From positions 38,987 to 102,986 of the forward strand of contig JAJPIP010000062.1 in assembly GCA_021324655.1 (NCBI GenBank): a stretch of 64,000 bases of DNA, written 5' to 3'. Source of the DNA: Pseudomonadota bacterium (GTDB taxonomy: Bacteria > Chloroflexota > UBA5177). The notes beneath the pieces are model-generated. The model was not told the DNA's origin. It searched no databases and saw only the letters and a list, made by a program, of their open reading frames with translations. Every line of letters begins with the position of its first letter. Within the stretch, counting starts at the first letter, position 1. Below are positions 48,672 through 58,535 of the stretch, one piece after another. The translations under genes were made by a program, and so were the position numbers.

Positions 48672-49046
48672 ATGACAACGCACATCTGGCCAACGTTCAA
48701 GTACCGCAACGCCCGCGCTGCTATTCGGTTTCTCCATGACGCGTTCGGGTTCGAGGAGGTGGCCGTCTACGCCGGCGACACCGAAGACGAGGTGGCACAC
48801 GCCGAATTGCGCTGGCCGGAAGGCGGGGGCGTCATGCTCGGGAGCGCGCGCAACGGCGACGCGCCGGTGGGATCGGTCTATGTGGTCACCTCGGATGTGG
48901 ACACGCTGCACGAGCGTGCGCAACGCGCCGGCGCCGAGATCGTCTACCCCCTGCGCGATGAGGACTACGGCAATCACACCTTCACGGCGCGTGACCCCGA
49001 AGGCGTGACCTGGTCGTTCGGCACCTACGCCGGGGAGAACGGCTGA
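48672..49046 (+). CDS. VOC/glyoxalase family protein
   Basis: AIRFLHDAFGF, HAELRW, ARDPEG..WSFGTY. Confidence 0.9.
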   Translation: MTTHIWPTFKYRNARAAIRFLHDAFGFEEVAVYAGDTEDEVAHAELRWPEGGGVMLGSARNGDAPVGSVYVVTSDVDTLHERAQRAGAEIVYPLRDEDYGNHTFTARDPEGVTWSFGTYAGENG

Positions 49047-49058
49047 CAGGACCCCTCT

Positions 49059-50135
49059 TTACCGCCAGACGGTCTCGACAGGAACCTCCAGAAATCGTCC
49101 GAATCGGTGCGCAGCATCGTCAACTGCCGCGGCTTCGGCCGCGGCGAGGCGCGCCGGCACCCGGATCTCGATGCGCACACCTCCGGCGCCCGACACCCGG
49201 CGCCAGCCGCCCCGGACTTTTCCTCCAATGGTGACGACATTGGACAGGATGTTCCCGTAGGCAAACAGATCCGGATGCAGCGAGCCGTCCGGCGGGTGAG
49301 CGGCGGCGCGATCACGGTAGCCGACCGTGTACTCGTCCCAGTTCGGCAGGAGATGCGCGACCATCCCCGGGTCATCCGCACTCACGCCGGGAGCCAACCA
49401 GTAGTCCTTATCGCCGATCGTCTGGTGATCGAGATCCGCGCCGGCAAGCGCCAGGCCCGTGCGCGCGTCGGACACCGTCAGGCCCGACCACCAGACGAAG
49501 TCCTGAAGCTGGGCCGGGCCGTGGGCCCGGAAGTACCGACGCGTCAGCTCCGCCAGCGCCTCCGGCCGTTCCAGCACCTGCGCTCCCGGCGCTCGCTCCG
49601 CGAGCAGCGCATATGTCATCTGTTTCCCGCGCCGCGGCCCGCTGATAATGGCGCCCGCGACTTCCGCCGCTCCCAGCAGGTGGGGCAAGCGCTGCCCCTC
49701 GGGCGCGATGCCGGCCGCCCGCAGTCTGTCGCCGAGCTCGGTGCGGGTCAGGAATCGGCCGCCGGCAAGGGCCTCGCCAAAGATTGAGACAGCGCGCGAC
49801 ACGTCGGCCTCGTCCAAACCTAACTGGCGGTGGCGGGGCGTGAAGCCACGACGCAGCCTGGCGCCGGTCAGGTCAAGCAGCCAGCGAATATCATCCGGCA
49901 GCACGAAATGCCAGGTAGGACGCATGACGTGGGTGCGCAGGATCTTGCCCTCGTCGTAGAGGCGGCCCACCTCCGCCTCCGTGATGCCGGACGTGCGCTG
50001 TCCGAGCGCCCACATCGCGCCGGCGTAGTCCTGCGCCTGGACAGCCCCGAAGAGGCGCACGACATCGATTGCCGAGGTCATGGACTTTCCGACGAGGCGC
50101 TGCGCGTGAAGGCGTCGGAGAGCGATCTCGGTCAC
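49059..50135 (-). CDS. HTH_42 DNA glycosylase, AlkZ-like
   Basis: AVQAQD (QxQ motif), RTHVMRPTWH, HGPA..DFVWWSGL, LLPNWDEY; probable GTG start. Confidence 0.88.
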   Translation of the reverse strand: MTEIALRRLHAQRLVGKSMTSAIDVVRLFGAVQAQDYAGAMWALGQRTSGITEAEVGRLYDEGKILRTHVMRPTWHFVLPDDIRWLLDLTGARLRRGFTPRHRQLGLDEADVSRAVSIFGEALAGGRFLTRTELGDRLRAAGIAPEGQRLPHLLGAAEVAGAIISGPRRGKQMTYALLAERAPGAQVLERPEALAELTRRYFRAHGPAQLQDFVWWSGLTVSDARTGLALAGADLDHQTIGDKDYWLAPGVSADDPGMVAHLLPNWDEYTVGYRDRAAAHPPDGSLHPDLFAYGNILSNVVTIGGKVRGGWRRVSGAGGVRIEIRVPARLAAAEAAAVDDAAHRFGRFLEVPVETVWR

Positions 50136-50186
50136 CGTCCAGTGTAGCGGGGTCCCGAATGGGTGTCTCGAGGTTCCCAGGGGAAC

Positions 50187-50421
50187 CCCGCGGATTCCCG
50201 CCTGTTGATCACTAACGCCGACGATTGCGGTCTGAACGTGCCCTCCCTGGTCGACGGTGCATCCGGGGATCGACGATGCGGAGCAGCGCGTCATCGGATC
50301 GCTTGGTCCCGAGGTGCGGCAGACCGATTACGACTTTCTGATCTCAGCAGACGCCCGTGAGATGATCGACCGAGAGGGCATCACGCTACTCAGCTACCAG
50401 CCGGTGCAGCAGGTCTGGCGC
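50187..50421 (+). pseudogene. internally deleted YdjC/ChbG-family deacetylase
   Basis: N-terminal PADSRLLITNADDCGL lies about 20 nt from C-terminal HPG..VRQTDYDFLIS..EGITLLSY in another frame. Confidence 0.65.
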
Positions 50422-50573
50422 GATCGCCAGGACAGTATCCTGGATGACAGCGAGGAGAGATGCCGGTCACGGGTCGCTCACCGGAAAGGCCACGCCTATA
50501 ACAAGCGCCCCGCTCTCTGAGCCAATCGACAGCGCACGGCAGATCAACCAGTCTTCGAGTGGAGGAAGCCATC

Positions 50574-51143
50574 ATGCCAGGACAAGTCCCTCCGGTCGCC
50601 GATGAACGCACCGGATTGCTCGGCTATCTTGCGCAGCAGCGTGACGTTCTGCGGACCGCCGCCTACGGGTTGACCGATGAGCAGGCGCGGGAAACCCCAA
50701 CCGTGAGTGCACTCAGTATCGGGGGATTGATCAAGCACGTTGCCGCAACCGAGCGTGGATGGATCGACCTGGTACTGCAGCGCAGTCAGGAGTCGGCGGA
50801 CGACTACTTCGCGAACTTCCGGCTGCAACCCAATGAAACGCTCGCGAGTGTCCTGCGGATGTACGACGAGGTAGCAGCCGAAACCGAGCGGGTCGTCAAT
50901 GCCATCCCCGACCTCGGCCGGCCGGTTCCCGTGCCGCCGGGCGTGCCCTGGTACCCCAGCGATGTCGATGCCTGGTCGGTCCGATGGGTCCTGCTGCATC
51001 TCATCGAAGAAACCGCCCGGCACGCGGGCCACGCCGATATCATCCGCGAGTCGATCGACGGAGCGACCGCCATGCCGCTCATGGCTGCCGCCGAAGGCTG
51101 GCCGGCCACTCCCTGGATACAACCCTGGGAGCCGCCGGCATAG
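50574..51143 (+). CDS. DinB/DUF664 family protein
   Basis: GGLIKHVA..E..W, LHLIEETARHAGHADI. Confidence 0.9.
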   Translation: MPGQVPPVADERTGLLGYLAQQRDVLRTAAYGLTDEQARETPTVSALSIGGLIKHVAATERGWIDLVLQRSQESADDYFANFRLQPNETLASVLRMYDEVAAETERVVNAIPDLGRPVPVPPGVPWYPSDVDAWSVRWVLLHLIEETARHAGHADIIRESIDGATAMPLMAAAEGWPATPWIQPWEPPA

Positions 51144-51331
51144 GCCCGCCTGATGGCAGGAGCGGTAAGCCCATCCGCTCGCCACCGGTCGCCGTGAGCG
51201 GGCGGCGAACCGCTCTGTCCCCAAGAGACTGACGGCACCTGACGACGCCACTCATCATCCGCTCTCCCTGGCACGACCTATGCAGTCGCGACCTTTAAGC
51301 GATTCTGTCAAGTGCTGGGTGGAGGGGTGTC

Positions 51332-53161
51332 ATGCCAGTGGCAATGGAAGAGTTTGAAGCCTCCGATCGGAAGCTTCGCCACGATCTGTCCTTTCTGCAG
51401 CTGCTCTTCTTCAACCTCGGCGGCATCATCGGCTCCGGCTGGCTCTTCGCCGTCCTGGCCGCCGATGCGATTGCCGGCCCGTCGGTCGTTCTGGCCTGGG
51501 TCATCGGAGGTGTCCTGGTCCTGCTGGTCGCGTTGACGTACGCCGAGGTGGCGGCCATGCTTCCGCGCAGCGGGGCCATCGTCCGCTACCCGCACCTCAC
51601 GCACGGCGGGTATACCGGTTTCGTCTTTGCCTGGTCCTACTTCCTGGCCGCGGTGAGCGTCACCGCCATCGAGGCCGAGGGGGTCATCACGTACGCCTCG
51701 ACGTACATCCACGGGCTCACCACGACCAGCGGCAAGGTGACGTTGCTGACCGTTCCCGGCATCATCATCGCCATCGGCCTCATGCTGGTGTTCTTCCTGG
51801 TGAACTACTTCGGCGTGAAATGGCTGGGGCGCTGGAACCAGGTCTTTACCTGGTGGAAGCTGGTCATCCCGGCCCTGACCTTCCTGCTGCTCTTCCTGGC
51901 CTTCCACGCCTCCAACTTCACGGCGTACGGCGGATTCTTCCCGCGGGGCGTCAACCAGATGTTCCTGGCCATCGGGACGGGTGGGATCGTCTTCGCCTAT
52001 CTCGGCTTCCGGCAGGGACTCGACTTCGGCGGCGAAGCGAGGAATCCTCAGCGGGATGTCCCGCTCGCGACCATCCTCTCCGTCATCATCGCGACGGTCC
52101 TGTACACCGTCCTGCAGGTGGCATTCACCGGCGGCCTGAACTGGACTAAAGCGGGTGTCGGCGTCGGTAACTGGGTGGCCCTGGCCCACAGTCACTGGGC
52201 GAATGGGCCGTTCTACGACGCTCTGAGCCAGTCCGGAATCCCGCTGCTCGGCGCCTTTGCCGCCGTTTTGCTGGTCGACGCTATCGTCTCCCCCAGCGGG
52301 ACGGGCTGGATCTTCCTGGGCACGTCGTCCCGCGTGCTCTACGGCATGGCGATGACCGATTACCTGCCCCGTCCACTGCGCCGGATCAACGATCGGTACG
52401 GTGTTCCGGTGATGGCGCTCATCGCCTCAACCGTCATCGGCTGTCTGTTCTTCCTGCCGCTACCCAGCTGGTATCTCCTGGTCGGGTTCATCTCCTCCGC
52501 GCTCGTCATGACCACGGTGACCGGAGGCATCGGACTGGAGGTGATGCGCCGCACGGCGCCCGACCTCGACCGTCCCTTCCGGCTGCCGGCCGCCGCCATC
52601 ATGGCGCCGCTCGGTACTCTCGCGGCCATGCTCATGGTCTACTGGTCCGGCTTCACGGTGCTCACCCAGCTCATCGCGGCGATCTTCATCGGCCTGCCGC
52701 TCTACAGTTGGTTCTATGGGCCGATCAAGGGTTACATGCGCACCTCGGCCGGCGTGATTCTCGGTGCCGTCTTCCTGGTGATCTGGCTGGTCACCCAGGC
52801 ACTGGGCCCCATCGACCGCCACGTGCTGAGCTTCCCCGTCTTCTACGTCCTGACCCTGATCGAGATCGTCGCTTTCGGCCTCGCAGCCTGGTGGTTGAGC
52901 TCACCGGAGGGACGATTCCCCATTACCCGCTCGCCATGGCTGTTCTTCATGATGTACGGAACCTACCTGGTGTCCTACCTCGGCCAGTACGGCCCGCTCA
53001 AGACACCGGTTCTGGCGTTCCCGGTCGACATCGTCGCCGTCATCGTGGTCGGCCTCATCAGCTTCTACTGGGGCGTGGCGAGTGGCTATCGTACCGAGGA
53101 TCTCCAGACCATCATCGACACCGGAACGGCCATCGTGCCGGAGGAGCGACTCGCCAGCTAA
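51332..53161 (+). CDS. APC family amino acid/polyamine permease
   Basis: GIIGSGWLF, YAE..PRSGA, FAYLGF..GGEARNP; many TM segments. Confidence 0.92.
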   Translation: MPVAMEEFEASDRKLRHDLSFLQLLFFNLGGIIGSGWLFAVLAADAIAGPSVVLAWVIGGVLVLLVALTYAEVAAMLPRSGAIVRYPHLTHGGYTGFVFAWSYFLAAVSVTAIEAEGVITYASTYIHGLTTTSGKVTLLTVPGIIIAIGLMLVFFLVNYFGVKWLGRWNQVFTWWKLVIPALTFLLLFLAFHASNFTAYGGFFPRGVNQMFLAIGTGGIVFAYLGFRQGLDFGGEARNPQRDVPLATILSVIIATVLYTVLQVAFTGGLNWTKAGVGVGNWVALAHSHWANGPFYDALSQSGIPLLGAFAAVLLVDAIVSPSGTGWIFLGTSSRVLYGMAMTDYLPRPLRRINDRYGVPVMALIASTVIGCLFFLPLPSWYLLVGFISSALVMTTVTGGIGLEVMRRTAPDLDRPFRLPAAAIMAPLGTLAAMLMVYWSGFTVLTQLIAAIFIGLPLYSWFYGPIKGYMRTSAGVILGAVFLVIWLVTQALGPIDRHVLSFPVFYVLTLIEIVAFGLAAWWLSSPEGRFPITRSPWLFFMMYGTYLVSYLGQYGPLKTPVLAFPVDIVAVIVVGLISFYWGVASGYRTEDLQTIIDTGTAIVPEERLAS

Positions 53162-53220
53162 CGGGTATATGAACGCCGCGCGTCGCGGCGTCGTGAGCAG
53201 ACGAGACGGATAGCGGCCTC

Positions 53221-54606
53221 CTACCCCTTGTCTTCCAGGCCGGCCGGCACCAATCTGGCCGCCTGGACCCAGGCGGGGTGGGGGGTCGCGCCCTGAGCCT
53301 CCGCACGTTCCTTGCGGATGACACCCTCCCGGATCAGATGCGCGCCGATGAAGCGGATCGGCTCGGGTGGGAAGCGAGCGAAGCGGCGATCGACGAGCCC
53401 GCTCTCGCTCCACTCATCCTTGACGCCGAGCGCCAGCGCGGAAAGGATTTTTCCGCCCAGGACGCTGGGACCGACGCCGTTCCCGCTCCAGCCAACCCCG
53501 TACACGATGTGCTCTCGCGATCCGAGATGGCCGAACAGAGGAAGGCCGCCGTTGCTCCGATCAATGGGTCCCGCCCAGTCGCCGTCGATGACGACGTCCG
53601 ACAGTGCGGGAAACGTGCGGTGCAAGTCGGCGATGACCGTCTCGGCTCGTCCCGGATCGCGATCAAAGCTCTCGCCGATCCGGTCGCCGAGCGCCAGTCC
53701 CCATCCCCCCTTGCCGAAAACGATCCGGCCGTCGCGGGTCGTCCGGTAGTAGTCCACCATCATCTGGGAATCGGTGATGCACTCGCCGCCCGTCCAGCCG
53801 ATCGCCTGCAGCCGCTCCGGGATGGGAGCCGTCGCCACGATGTCGCTGGACACCACGATCAGTGCCTGACTCAGCTCACGGATACCGGCGGCCCAGGCGT
53901 TCATAGCGATCACCAACTTTTCGGCTGCCAGCACGGCATCATCGGTTCGGATGGCAACCGGATAGTCCCGGCTGAAGTGGCGGACACGCGTCCCTTCGTA
54001 GATGCGCACCCCCAGTTCCAGAGCCACTTTGCGGAGACCTCTTGCCAGGGCGGCCGGCTGAACCGTTGCCCCGCTCGGTTCCAGCACGCCTGCCAGGTGG
54101 GTGGGCGAACCGGCACGTCGGGCCACCTCGGCCGGCGACAGCCGGCGAAAGGCGTCCACGCCCAGGCGCTCACAGAGCGTCACGACCGTTTCCCACGCGC
54201 CTATTTGAGCCGGCGTGGTCGCGGTCCACAGAAGCCCGCCCTGCACGAAGTGCGCGTCGATACCGTACTCATCGCAGAAATCGCGAATCTCACCGATGGC
54301 TTCCCCGGAGGCACGTCCCAGACGCACCGCCTCGCCCTCACCACACAGCTTCACCAGGGACGAGATCTTCGGCCACCAGGAGAGGGCGAACCCGCCGTTG
54401 CGTCCCGACGCGCCCCCGCCGCAGATGTCCTGTTCCAGAATCGTGACGTCGCAGTCAGGTTCGCGCTGCTTGATGCGAATCGCCGTCCAGAGTCCGACGT
54501 AGCCGCCGCCGATAATGGCGATGTCGGTCCGCGCTGCTCCCCGCAGCGGTGGTAGGCTCGTCTCGTTTCCCAGCACCTCCTGTAGCCAGAGGGAGCGATG
54601 CTTCAT
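53221..54606 (-). CDS. FAD-dependent amine oxidoreductase (DAO/PuuB-like)
   Basis: IIGGGYVGLWTA, GASGRNGG, VQPAALARGL, GWSGNGV; AAAGGA RBS. Confidence 0.9.
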   Translation of the reverse strand: MKHRSLWLQEVLGNETSLPPLRGAARTDIAIIGGGYVGLWTAIRIKQREPDCDVTILEQDICGGGASGRNGGFALSWWPKISSLVKLCGEGEAVRLGRASGEAIGEIRDFCDEYGIDAHFVQGGLLWTATTPAQIGAWETVVTLCERLGVDAFRRLSPAEVARRAGSPTHLAGVLEPSGATVQPAALARGLRKVALELGVRIYEGTRVRHFSRDYPVAIRTDDAVLAAEKLVIAMNAWAAGIRELSQALIVVSSDIVATAPIPERLQAIGWTGGECITDSQMMVDYYRTTRDGRIVFGKGGWGLALGDRIGESFDRDPGRAETVIADLHRTFPALSDVVIDGDWAGPIDRSNGGLPLFGHLGSREHIVYGVGWSGNGVGPSVLGGKILSALALGVKDEWSESGLVDRRFARFPPEPIRFIGAHLIREGVIRKERAEAQGATPHPAWVQAARLVPAGLEDKG

Positions 54607-55076
54607 GTCAGTCCTTTCCTGAGGGCTGCTGCGGGCCACGGATATCGGTCAACGCGGCAGATCAACGGCGCGATGACCAGCGCTACCCACTCCGTGCCCT
54701 CCTCATGATCCGGGTAGGGCGTGACCCCGTAATACTGTTCCGATAGATGGTCGATGAGCCGTCCCTGGTCCTCACGAATCGTGACGACGCGGCCACGGAG
54801 GCAGAGCTCGTGGAGCGGGTCACCTGCCTCGCTCACCGTCAAAGCCACGCGGGGATCACGGACGACGTTGCGATATTTCTGCGACTGTCTCGTGGTCGCG
54901 ACCAGGGCATGGTCACCCTCGACGCCCACCCACACCGTCGCCGCGTGCGGCGAGCCGTCCGCCATCAGCGTGGAGAGGACGCCGTAGTTGGGGCCCGCCA
55001 ATAGCGTCCGGGCCGCCGCATCCAGAACGACCATCGATTCATGTCCTTGCGACAGGTACCCCTGATCCGGGCTCAT
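54603..55076 (-). CDS. PPOX-class F420-dependent oxidoreductase
   Basis: LSTLMADGSPH..VWV..KYRNVVRDPRV; start 55076 or 55034. Confidence 0.82.
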   Translation of the reverse strand: MSPDQGYLSQGHESMVVLDAAARTLLAGPNYGVLSTLMADGSPHAATVWVGVEGDHALVATTRQSQKYRNVVRDPRVALTVSEAGDPLHELCLRGRVVTIREDQGRLIDHLSEQYYGVTPYPDHEEGTEWVALVIAPLICRVDRYPWPAAALRKGLT

Positions 55077-55104
55077 CGCGAGCGCAGGATCGCGGGGCCT
55101 GGAG

Positions 55105-56592
55105 CTATGCCGCGCCTCCGCCGTGGGAGTGGTCGTCCGTCCCGATGTCAAACACGATGTGCTTGATCTCGGTCAGCGCGTCCAGCATCCAGGTCGAAAG
55201 CTCGCGGCCCACACCGCTTTTCTTGGCGCCGCCGAACGGGCCCAGCTGATCCCAGTAGTTGGTGCTTTCGTTCACCAGGACAGTGCCGTGCTCGAGACGC
55301 TCGGCCATCCTCCAGGCATCCGAGAGTGAGTTGGTAAAGAGAGCGGCATTGAGGCCGAACGGGGTGCCGTTCGCAATGCGAATCGCCTCACTCGGGTCGG
55401 AGAAACGGATGATGGGTGCCACCGGACCGAAGGTTTCATCCCGCGCAATCACCATGTCTTCCGTCACCTCCGTGAGGATCGTCGGCGGATACAGCAAGTT
55501 GTCGGCGACCCCGATCTCCGTGACCGTCGCACCTCCGTCGCGCGCATCCTTGATATGGTCGCGCACCTTGCGGAGAGTGCCGGCATTGCAGAGCGGCCCC
55601 ATGTCGGTGGCGTCGTCCGCCGGATCGCCGACCCGCAGCCGGCGTGTTCGGTCCTCGAGGCGGCGCACAAATTCGTCGTGTACGGCGTCGTGGACAAGGA
55701 TGCGCTCGGCAGCGGTGCAGCATTGCCCGGCCAGGTAGAAGCATCCCAGAATGCTCGCCTCCACTGCCTTGTCGAGATCGGCATCGGGCATGACGATGAT
55801 CGGTCCGTTACCACCCAACTCGAGCAGCAGGCGCTTGAGTCCGGCGCTGCGCGCGATGCGCTCTCCGGTTGCCGTGTTCCCGGTGAAAGCAATGACGTCC
55901 ACGTCGTCGTGCTCGACGATGGCGGCTCCGACCTCACCGGCCCCGGTGACCATGTTGACGACTCCAGGCGGGAAGCCGGCATCGACAAAGATGTCGGCGA
56001 GCATCGCGGAACTCAGCGGAGCATACTCGGACGGCTTCCAGACCACGGTGTCGCCGATGGCAACCGCGTAACAGATGGAGATAGCGGCGATATCAACGGG
56101 GAAGTTCCAGGGCGTGATGACTCCGACCACGCCGGCCGGCCGCCGTGTCACCAGCAAGCGTTTGTTGTTCGTCCGCTCTTCCGTAGACGGCAGCACCTGA
56201 CCTCGGTAGCGGAGCACATCTTCCGCGGCACGCCGGAAGTGCTCGCAGGCGTACTGCACCATCTCCTCACGCGATTCCCGGATGGTCTTTCCCATCTCCC
56301 GGGTGATCGTCTGCGCGATCTCCTCGTTGCGCTCCTTGCAGAGGGCGTACGCCCGATACATGAGATCGACCCGGTCGAGCAGAGGGACCGACGCCCACCC
56401 CGGCTGAGCGGCTCGCGCCGCCGCCACCGCTCGATCCACGTCGTCCGGCCCGCAGGCGGTCACCGTCCCCAGCACGTCGCCGGAGAACGGTGACTTGACC
56501 TCGAAACTCCCCTGCGATCCCTCGACCCATTCCCCGTTGATCAATGCGCGGCGATGAATCGTTCCCGCCGGCGCCTCATCAGTAACCGTCAT
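55105..56592 (-). CDS. aldehyde dehydrogenase
   Basis: ITPWNFP, FTGNT, LELGGN, GQCC, ETFGP, FGGAKKSG. Confidence 0.93.
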   Translation of the reverse strand: MTVTDEAPAGTIHRRALINGEWVEGSQGSFEVKSPFSGDVLGTVTACGPDDVDRAVAAARAAQPGWASVPLLDRVDLMYRAYALCKERNEEIAQTITREMGKTIRESREEMVQYACEHFRRAAEDVLRYRGQVLPSTEERTNNKRLLVTRRPAGVVGVITPWNFPVDIAAISICYAVAIGDTVVWKPSEYAPLSSAMLADIFVDAGFPPGVVNMVTGAGEVGAAIVEHDDVDVIAFTGNTATGERIARSAGLKRLLLELGGNGPIIVMPDADLDKAVEASILGCFYLAGQCCTAAERILVHDAVHDEFVRRLEDRTRRLRVGDPADDATDMGPLCNAGTLRKVRDHIKDARDGGATVTEIGVADNLLYPPTILTEVTEDMVIARDETFGPVAPIIRFSDPSEAIRIANGTPFGLNAALFTNSLSDAWRMAERLEHGTVLVNESTNYWDQLGPFGGAKKSGVGRELSTWMLDALTEIKHIVFDIGTDDHSHGGGAA

Positions 56593-56635
56593 GTCGTCCT
56601 CTTTCCTTCTCTGTTCCTGGTCCCGGCAACCGCCC

Positions 56636-58087
56636 TCAGTCGGCGCCGGCCGGCGTCGGGCTGATCGGCTCAGCGCTCGCCGCCTCCGGCTCACGTGACG
56701 CCGCGATGCCGATACGATAGCCGACGAAGTAGTACAACGCGGCGCAGATCAGGATGACGGGGACCGACGCCGAGATGTAGTTGTAGATACCCTCACCCTG
56801 GCCGAGCTTCTGGGCGAGCGGGATGTACGTGGACCAACCGGCGAGGTAGACCCACAGAATGACTCCAACGATCCAGACCAGAACGGCGCCGAGGTTGAAG
56901 CCACCGGTAAACCAGTAGCGGCCGCCCCGGCGGTAGAGGTCCGGAACCACCAGGTTCTGCTTCCGGATGAGGAAGTAGTCAGCCAGGGCAATGCCCCAGT
57001 ACGGAGCGAGTAGCGCGCCCACCACGGTGAGCAGATCGTTGAACTTGGTGTTCAGCGTTCCGACGTAGAGGAAGGGCAGGGAAGGGATCGCGATGATCGC
57101 GACCGCCAGATGGTAGTTCAGCTTCGGGATCATCACCTTGAGCGCCATGACCGACGCGTAGAGGAGCATGGCATTGTTGATGATGGTCGAGAAGATGATG
57201 ATGAAGAGAGCGGGAACTCCCAGACCCGACTTGGTCGCCCAGACGCTCGGGTCGGCCGACCCCGTCGCCAGCGTGGCCAGGCCACCGATGATGGCGTAGA
57301 GAACGCCGACGCTGGCCAGACCAAGCCAGGCACCCCAGAACGCGCCCTTCACCGACTTCGCGAAGCGGTTCCAGGATCCCATATACGGAAACCAGGAGAT
57401 GTTGTACGCGACAGCCGCCTCGATGCCGTAGGCGAAAGACACCGAGTGGTTGGGATGAACCGCCGCGATCTTTGACCAGCCGAAATCGGTGAAGATGCGG
57501 ACAAGCAGGACGACGGCGAAGATGATCAGTAACGGCACCGCCCACTTCACGAGAGTGAAGACCGTCTTGGGACTCACGTAGAGCATGAGCGCCGGGATGA
57601 GAATACCGGCACCCAGCCCGAACAGGGTGAACCAGTTGGGGGCAAAAGTGGCGCTGAAGTCACCCGATCTCGTGATGACATGAACGGCGGAGGAGCCGGA
57701 CGTCCCGGCGATATTGGCGAGGATCCCGATCCAGCCGAAGTTGATCGTGATCAGCAGAACGACGCCGATGTACGCCCCGAAGGTGCCGAAGGTCGAGCGC
57801 ATCCCGATGTATTCGTCAATGCCGTAGCGCGCGCTGCGGAGTCCCGTCATGGACGGGAAAAGCGTGCCGAGCACATTCCCAACGAGCGACACGACGATCA
57901 CGCCGGCGACGCCGAGCGCGGCCGCGTAGTAACCACCAAGCAGGAAAGTGGTGAGCAGGACATTGCCCCCCGCCCACAGCCAGTACATCAGGAGACCGCC
58001 GGCATAGCGGTCGCCGATCGGGAGCGGAAGAACGTCCTCGCCGTAGGTGGCGCTGGCCGGTTCAACGGCCGCGATGTCGGTAGCCAT
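56636..58087 (-). CDS. NCS1 purine-cytosine permease family transporter
   Basis: RSTFG..G, GW, SW.RF, PYWGIALADYF; about 12 TM segments. Confidence 0.85.
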   Translation of the reverse strand: MATDIAAVEPASATYGEDVLPLPIGDRYAGGLLMYWLWAGGNVLLTTFLLGGYYAAALGVAGVIVVSLVGNVLGTLFPSMTGLRSARYGIDEYIGMRSTFGTFGAYIGVVLLITINFGWIGILANIAGTSGSSAVHVITRSGDFSATFAPNWFTLFGLGAGILIPALMLYVSPKTVFTLVKWAVPLLIIFAVVLLVRIFTDFGWSKIAAVHPNHSVSFAYGIEAAVAYNISWFPYMGSWNRFAKSVKGAFWGAWLGLASVGVLYAIIGGLATLATGSADPSVWATKSGLGVPALFIIIFSTIINNAMLLYASVMALKVMIPKLNYHLAVAIIAIPSLPFLYVGTLNTKFNDLLTVVGALLAPYWGIALADYFLIRKQNLVVPDLYRRGGRYWFTGGFNLGAVLVWIVGVILWVYLAGWSTYIPLAQKLGQGEGIYNYISASVPVILICAALYYFVGYRIGIAASREPEAASAEPISPTPAGAD

Positions 58088-58096
58088 CTTCGTCTC

Positions 58097-58288
58097 CTAC
58101 TGCGTCGCCCACCACAGGGCGGCGACGATGGTAATCACAATAGCGAAGCCGAGATATATGTAGAGCTCCTGCAGCGGCATCACACCGTCCTCGATGCCTT
58201 CATGAAGTACCGTGGCCAGACGCGCCGGGTTCACCAGCATCTGGTCGGCAGGGAGCTGCCGAAGAACCTTCTCCTGGACATCAGCCAT
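58097..58288 (-). CDS. 63-aa membrane microprotein
   Basis: GGAGGAG RBS; C-terminal TM LYIYLGFAIVITIVAALWW; 9-nt gap to permease start. Confidence 0.65.
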   Translation of the reverse strand: MADVQEKVLRQLPADQMLVNPARLATVLHEGIEDGVMPLQELYIYLGFAIVITIVAALWWATQ

Positions 58289-58535
58289 GACATCTCCTCC
58301 CGCGGTCGATCAAACAAACACACCATCCCGCGTCGACATCGCCGCCCGGTCCACTCCTCACCTCCGTCGTCCCACACGCGGAGACCGGAACGGCAGGACT
58401 CGCGTGCGTATGTCCATTCCACTTAACCTATGTCTATGGTAATGGTCAATCTCGGTACGACCATCGTACACAGCACGACCGCAACGGTCAACCCGACAAA
58501 GTGGTGGGCGAGGGAGCGAGCGCGGGGAGGGACGT

